DNA of 64,000 nucleotides, from positions 74,214,001 through 74,278,000 of the forward strand of contig OZ024743.1 in NCBI GenBank assembly GCA_964016885.1, written 5' to 3'. Shown one piece after another: positions 54,701 through 64,000 of the stretch. A model generated the notes under the pieces. It was not told where the DNA came from. It did not search any database and saw only the letters and a list, made by a program, of their open reading frames with translations. Source of the stretch: Eledone cirrhosa (lineage: Eukaryota). Position 1 is the stretch's first letter; each line of letters begins with the position of its first letter. The translations under genes and the position numbers were made by a program.

Positions 54701-55048
54701 CAAGGAAGGCTGGCTATATAAATTGTAGATTCAATGTCCCTAGCATGAATAAATAACCACGTCCTTGATACTCATGCTTAAGTATAAAGCGATGGAATTA
54801 CTCGAAATCTAGTTGCAGCCATTATCACCATATAAAGACAAAAACAACACCACACACTCATTAGTGTACGTGACAAGAAGTATAAAAAATTAAGTGAATC
54901 TACAGCGTTCCGACACTATATATATATCTGCACGTACATTTAGAAGATGTTTACAGCTGACGAGCATTCGAATTATTTGTCAGAACTATTTCTTTAGAAA
55001 CATTACCAAATAAAATAATTAGACAAATACACACACGCACACACACAC

Positions 55049-55134
<86 letters not shown>

Positions 55135-55892
55135 CATATATATATGTGTGTGTATGTGTAGATTAATAATTATATATATATATATATAAATATATACTTA
55201 TTTATCTACACATACACACAGATATATTTATATATATATATATATGTGTGTGTATGTGTGTGTACATATGTATATGTATGCATATGAATATTTTGTTATT
55301 TTTTCAACATTTTAAGGAAGCCAAGGATAGGAAATTATTATTTATTCATATTCTTCTACGAACGTTTCAATGCGACTAGGATATCTGATCCATTTGCGAA
55401 GAAACATGAAATTACCAGTTAACAGTTATCTCCATTATGGTTGCTTTATCCCAACTGTATCTCTTCAGGAAATATACAAAACTAATAATTAATACCATAA
55501 GGCAAATGTCAAGAAAATGAAAGGATTCAAAGAATTTTAGGCAGGGAATGAGATTTAAAGTGAAAATTTAGCTTGTACAAGGATTTTGGTTTCTTTTTTC
55601 AAAACATGCAAGTTCATAAATCTGCCTATGCTTTAAAATGTTGAATTTTAAATGCTCTACTACCTGAGCCGCCCTTAATCATCCAAGGTTTTGCTCCTGA
55701 AGAACATAGGACGGTAAAGTGCATCGCTCTTATCTCACCTTACCATTGAAAATAGTGAAATACTACAATATGACCTCATATAATCCCCTACAATCAAATA
55801 AGCTCAAGGAACAAACTCCCGGTTCTTTAGCGTGTATATATATATATGTGTGTACTAAGAGTGAAAAATAAAATTTCGTTTCATTCTATTCC

Positions 55893-55932
<40 letters not shown>

Positions 55933-56024
55933 ATAATAATAAATGTGAAGACTAAAATCCAAAGAGGCCTCGATAAGGATAAATATATATCAAATATATA
56001 AGAACCCTAGAGCAAATATTTATA

Positions 56025-56129
56025 AAAATAACAGATTAAAGTTTAAGCAAAGAATCGCTGCTTTTACCCTTAACGGGATCTTAAGGGTTAAAGCACCGAT
56101 TCTTTGCTTAAACTTTAATCGGTTATTTT
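56025..56129. repeat. ~105-bp imperfect palindrome between (TA)n tracts
   Basis: AAAATAACAGATTAAAGTTTAAGCAAAGAATCG..ACCCTTAA / TTAAGGGT..CGATTCTTTGCTTAAACTTTAATCGGTTATTTT. Confidence 0.85.
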
Positions 56130-56172
56130 AATGTATATATATATATACACACACACACACATATATGTATAC

Positions 56173-56206
<34 letters not shown>

Positions 56207-56242
56207 GTATATGTATATATATATTCATATATATATATATAT

Positions 56243-56990
56243 TCGTGTCTATAGTCTGCCTTTCATAGGTTATAGATTCCATACACTGGTGGTTTTTTCC
56301 CTGTATTATTGATAACGCACTATATATCTCTCTCTGGTGTGTTACCTTCTCAACATATTATATTTTAAAGGGCTCAGGATCTCTTCCCCTTTGAGCATAT
56401 TATTTACAGGGAATAACGACGGCCTATGCCTCCATTAATTTATCGTGATATTTCGCTCCTAACAACAGTCTTTCTTATCTCTGTTTGGTTCAGCACACTT
56501 CTCTGAGTGGCTTTGGGCTGCCCTTTCTAGCAGTTCGTCTCTCAGAGGCCACTGGTTCACTGCCCTTAAACACGCTGTGACTTCTCTCTCCCACGTGTAG
56601 CTGGACAGTCAATTGTAAAATTCTCTTAGTGTTGTCTGAAATGTATGGCCTTACACACGCTGATGAACCGAGACTAGACCATTTCTTTCAACAAATTTTT
56701 TGGTGAAACATATCTTTGGATTTGTACGTGTGTTATATAGTTATAAAGGTATTTATTTACGCTTTAATTTATATTTTTAATTATCGTGTCTATAGTCTGC
56801 CTTTCATAGGTTATAGATTCCATACACTGGTGGTTTTTTTCCCTGTATTATTGATAACGCACTATATATCTCTCTCTGGTGTGTTACCTTCTCAACATAT
56901 TATATTTTAAAGGGCTCAGGATCTCTTCCCCTTTGAGCACATTATTTACAGGGAATAACGACGGCCTATGCCTCCGTTAATTTATCGTGA

Positions 56991-56991
<1 letters not shown>
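56243..56991 (+). mobile_element. Non-coding retrozyme/pLTR-like unit: ~207-bp direct repeats (56243-56450, 56784-56991; period 541 bp) enclosing a hammerhead, (TA)n on both sides
   Basis: Near-identical direct repeats; HHR at 56653-56733. Confidence 0.8.
56653..56733 (+). ncRNA. Canonical type I hammerhead ribozyme, predicted cleavage after A56726 (GUA)
   Basis: Stem I acacacg/cgtgtgt; CTGATGA; stem II accgaga/ttttggt; GAAA; stem III aca.atc-tttg-gat.tgt. Confidence 0.85.
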
Positions 56992-57617
<626 letters not shown>

Positions 57618-57881
57618 CAAGGCATGTATTGAGTTAGAAACTCAAAATAGCCTCTTACAATAAATTAGCTCTAGGAAAGAGGTTTTTCCGAGCCGTATAA
57701 TATAACTAAACAAAGAAGAAAAACGAACACAGACGTATACATATATGTGTTCAAATTTGTAAGGGACCAGATTCGCTAAGGTGAAAAGAATACTAACTAC
57801 AGACAATAGGGTTTGCCAGACTCAATTTAAGAATAAATCAAGAAAAATAAATACAAACCAGAATTGTGGTAACTACCAATT

Positions 57882-57959
57882 ACCCGGACAGTTGTGATAA
57901 TACTGTTTCGCAATATTAATTGTGAAGAGGAATACCAAAATTCTAGCTCATCAGCGGGT
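57882..57959 (-). ncRNA. Type I hammerhead ribozyme with long stem II loop, GUC cleavage site
   Basis: acccg-CTGATGA-gc...gc-GAAA-cagt-attatcaca-actg-TC-cgggt. Confidence 0.8.
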
Positions 57960-58257
57960 GAAAACTTATTAGTATCCTCGTCACTTCTAAGTATATTAAA
58001 ACACTGGACAGTGTGCGTGTATATAACGCACATGGTGACAGAACTTAGCGTGTCTCGCAAACTCACGCCACTAAAAATAGCAGCCGGGTTTACTCGACAT
58101 TTGAATTAGCTCGACGAATTAACGGAGCCGAATATATCAAAGGTATATATTGAGTTAGAAACTCAAAATAGTCTCTTACAATAAATTAGCTCTAGGGTAA
58201 AGTTTTTTCCGAGCCGCATAATATACTTAGAAGTGACGAGGATACTAATAATTTTTC

Positions 58258-58336
58258 ATTCGCTGATGAGCTACAATTTTGGTATTCCTCTTCACAATTA
58301 ATATTGCGAACACAGTATTATCACAACTGTCCGGGT
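58258..58336 (+). ncRNA. Damaged inverted copy of the 57882-57959 hammerhead
   Basis: CTGATGA intact but GAAA is changed to GAACA and stem I is weakened. Confidence 0.6.
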
Positions 58337-58446
58337 AATTAGTAGTTACCATAATTCTGGTTTGTATTTATTTTTCTTGATTTATTCTTAAATTGAGTCT
58401 GGCAAACCCTATTATATATATATATATATATATACATACACACACG

Positions 58447-58540
<94 letters not shown>

Positions 58541-59041
58541 GGGGAATCTTGTATTTTCAGTCACTTAACCCCAAGGAGACCGGAATAATTACCGGGCTCA
58601 TGAACATACGGCCTCGAGACAAACCTTGATATGTTATATTAAATATATTTTTATTTATTTATGTTAATATAGTTCAGAAGAAGGGTTCAACAGAAGACAA
58701 TAGAGAAAATATATATAGATATATGTGTGTGTAATAGATATATGTATGTGTATTAGTGTATATATCTACGTGGACTAACTGTTATATTTAGCTAAAACGT
58801 TCTAACCAATAAACAATTTTTTCATGATTTTAATTTCGTCCAATTATATTCCATATATATAACGAATAGTTAATCTACTTGGAGTAAGACAATTTGGACA
58901 ATTTAGGGAAATCACGAACTAAATTACCTCTTACCAATATTCTGAAATTATTGCTCTTTTCATATGCCAATAATTATAAAGAGAATATAAATTGAGCTAA
59001 TAATCTGTATTTTGTTCTAACGATAGCTTACAAGAACGCGA

Positions 59042-59138
<97 letters not shown>

Positions 59139-59912
59139 GTATGTGTGTGAGAGAGTGAGAGATAGATGTACATACACACACATATAGATAGATAGAAACA
59201 TATACACATACATACACATGCCTTTATACATACATATATACACACTTATACATATGCACACACATATATACATATGTATTTCAAGATAAACACTGGTATA
59301 AAATAACTCAATCTTATTAGTGTCACACTTATTGGAAAATACGAACGCACACATACAGGGACAAATACACAAACACATATACATATATACATACATATAT
59401 GCATACATATATACATACATACACCTATATACATATGCATATATACAAATACACACACACACACACTTATATATATACGTATATACGTTTATTTACTTAT
59501 ACTCATATATATACATACATGAATATACATACATGAATATACATACATTTATATACATATATATATGTGTGTTGTTGGTGGTGCGAGTACGGAGTTAATT
59601 ATTATAAAATAACTGGAGGCTGGACTGGTGTAAATCGTTGAAAGATTTATTATACTATGATCATATATGTCCGTGTTGTGTGTCTATGTATGTATATACA
59701 TGTATATATATATATATGTGCGTATATATATATATGTATATGTATATATACATATGTATATTTATGTATATGTATGTATATATATATATATATACCACCA
59801 ACAACACAAACGAAGACGGGTGAGTTGCATTACGTCAAGTGCTCTCCATAATATTACATCGAGGTTGACCATACGAAATGACCAGTCCTATCCAGTGGTG
59901 AACCAACAAACC

Positions 59913-59943
<31 letters not shown>

Positions 59944-59989
59944 CTTTATGTATGTGTTTATATATGTATATATATATATATATATATGT

Positions 59990-60969
<980 letters not shown>

Positions 60970-60989
60970 CACACACACTCACACACACT

Positions 60990-64000
<3,011 letters not shown>

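Larger units (their letters stand above)
57620..58412. mobile_element. ORF-less pLTR-type unit with direct (57627-57705 / 58148-58225) and inverted (57785-57998 / 58219-58412) repeats, (TA)n on both sides
   Basis: Repeat architecture read directly; HHR in both inverted arms. Confidence 0.8.

Overview
Eukaryotic, AT-rich, repeat-saturated 64-kb window with no host gene exon I can support. The SINE families and microsatellite landscape suggest an octopod cephalopod (inference). Almost all ORF-track entries are artefacts of simple repeats. Real coding remnants come from retroelements and transposons: a near full-length but disrupted Tx1/L1-group LINE, several RLE-type (R4/Dong-like) LINEs, RTE, CR1 and CRE fragments, two large Penelope-like elements (one Naiad-type), a mariner, two MITEs and a non-autonomous Helitron. 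The most notable signal is non-coding: about 11 hammerhead-ribozyme (HHR) motifs from roughly 7 unrelated sequence families. They sit in Penelope pLTRs and in short ORF-less direct or fold-back units embedded in (TA)n tracts, and in at least one palindrome the fold-back apex falls on the ribozyme core. Each retroelement family is also tied to its own microsatellite: Tx1-(GATA)n, R4-like-(CATA)n, Dong-like-(TAA)n, RTE-(GAA)n, PLE-(TA)n. All alignments and folds were done by eye, so boundaries are approximate.
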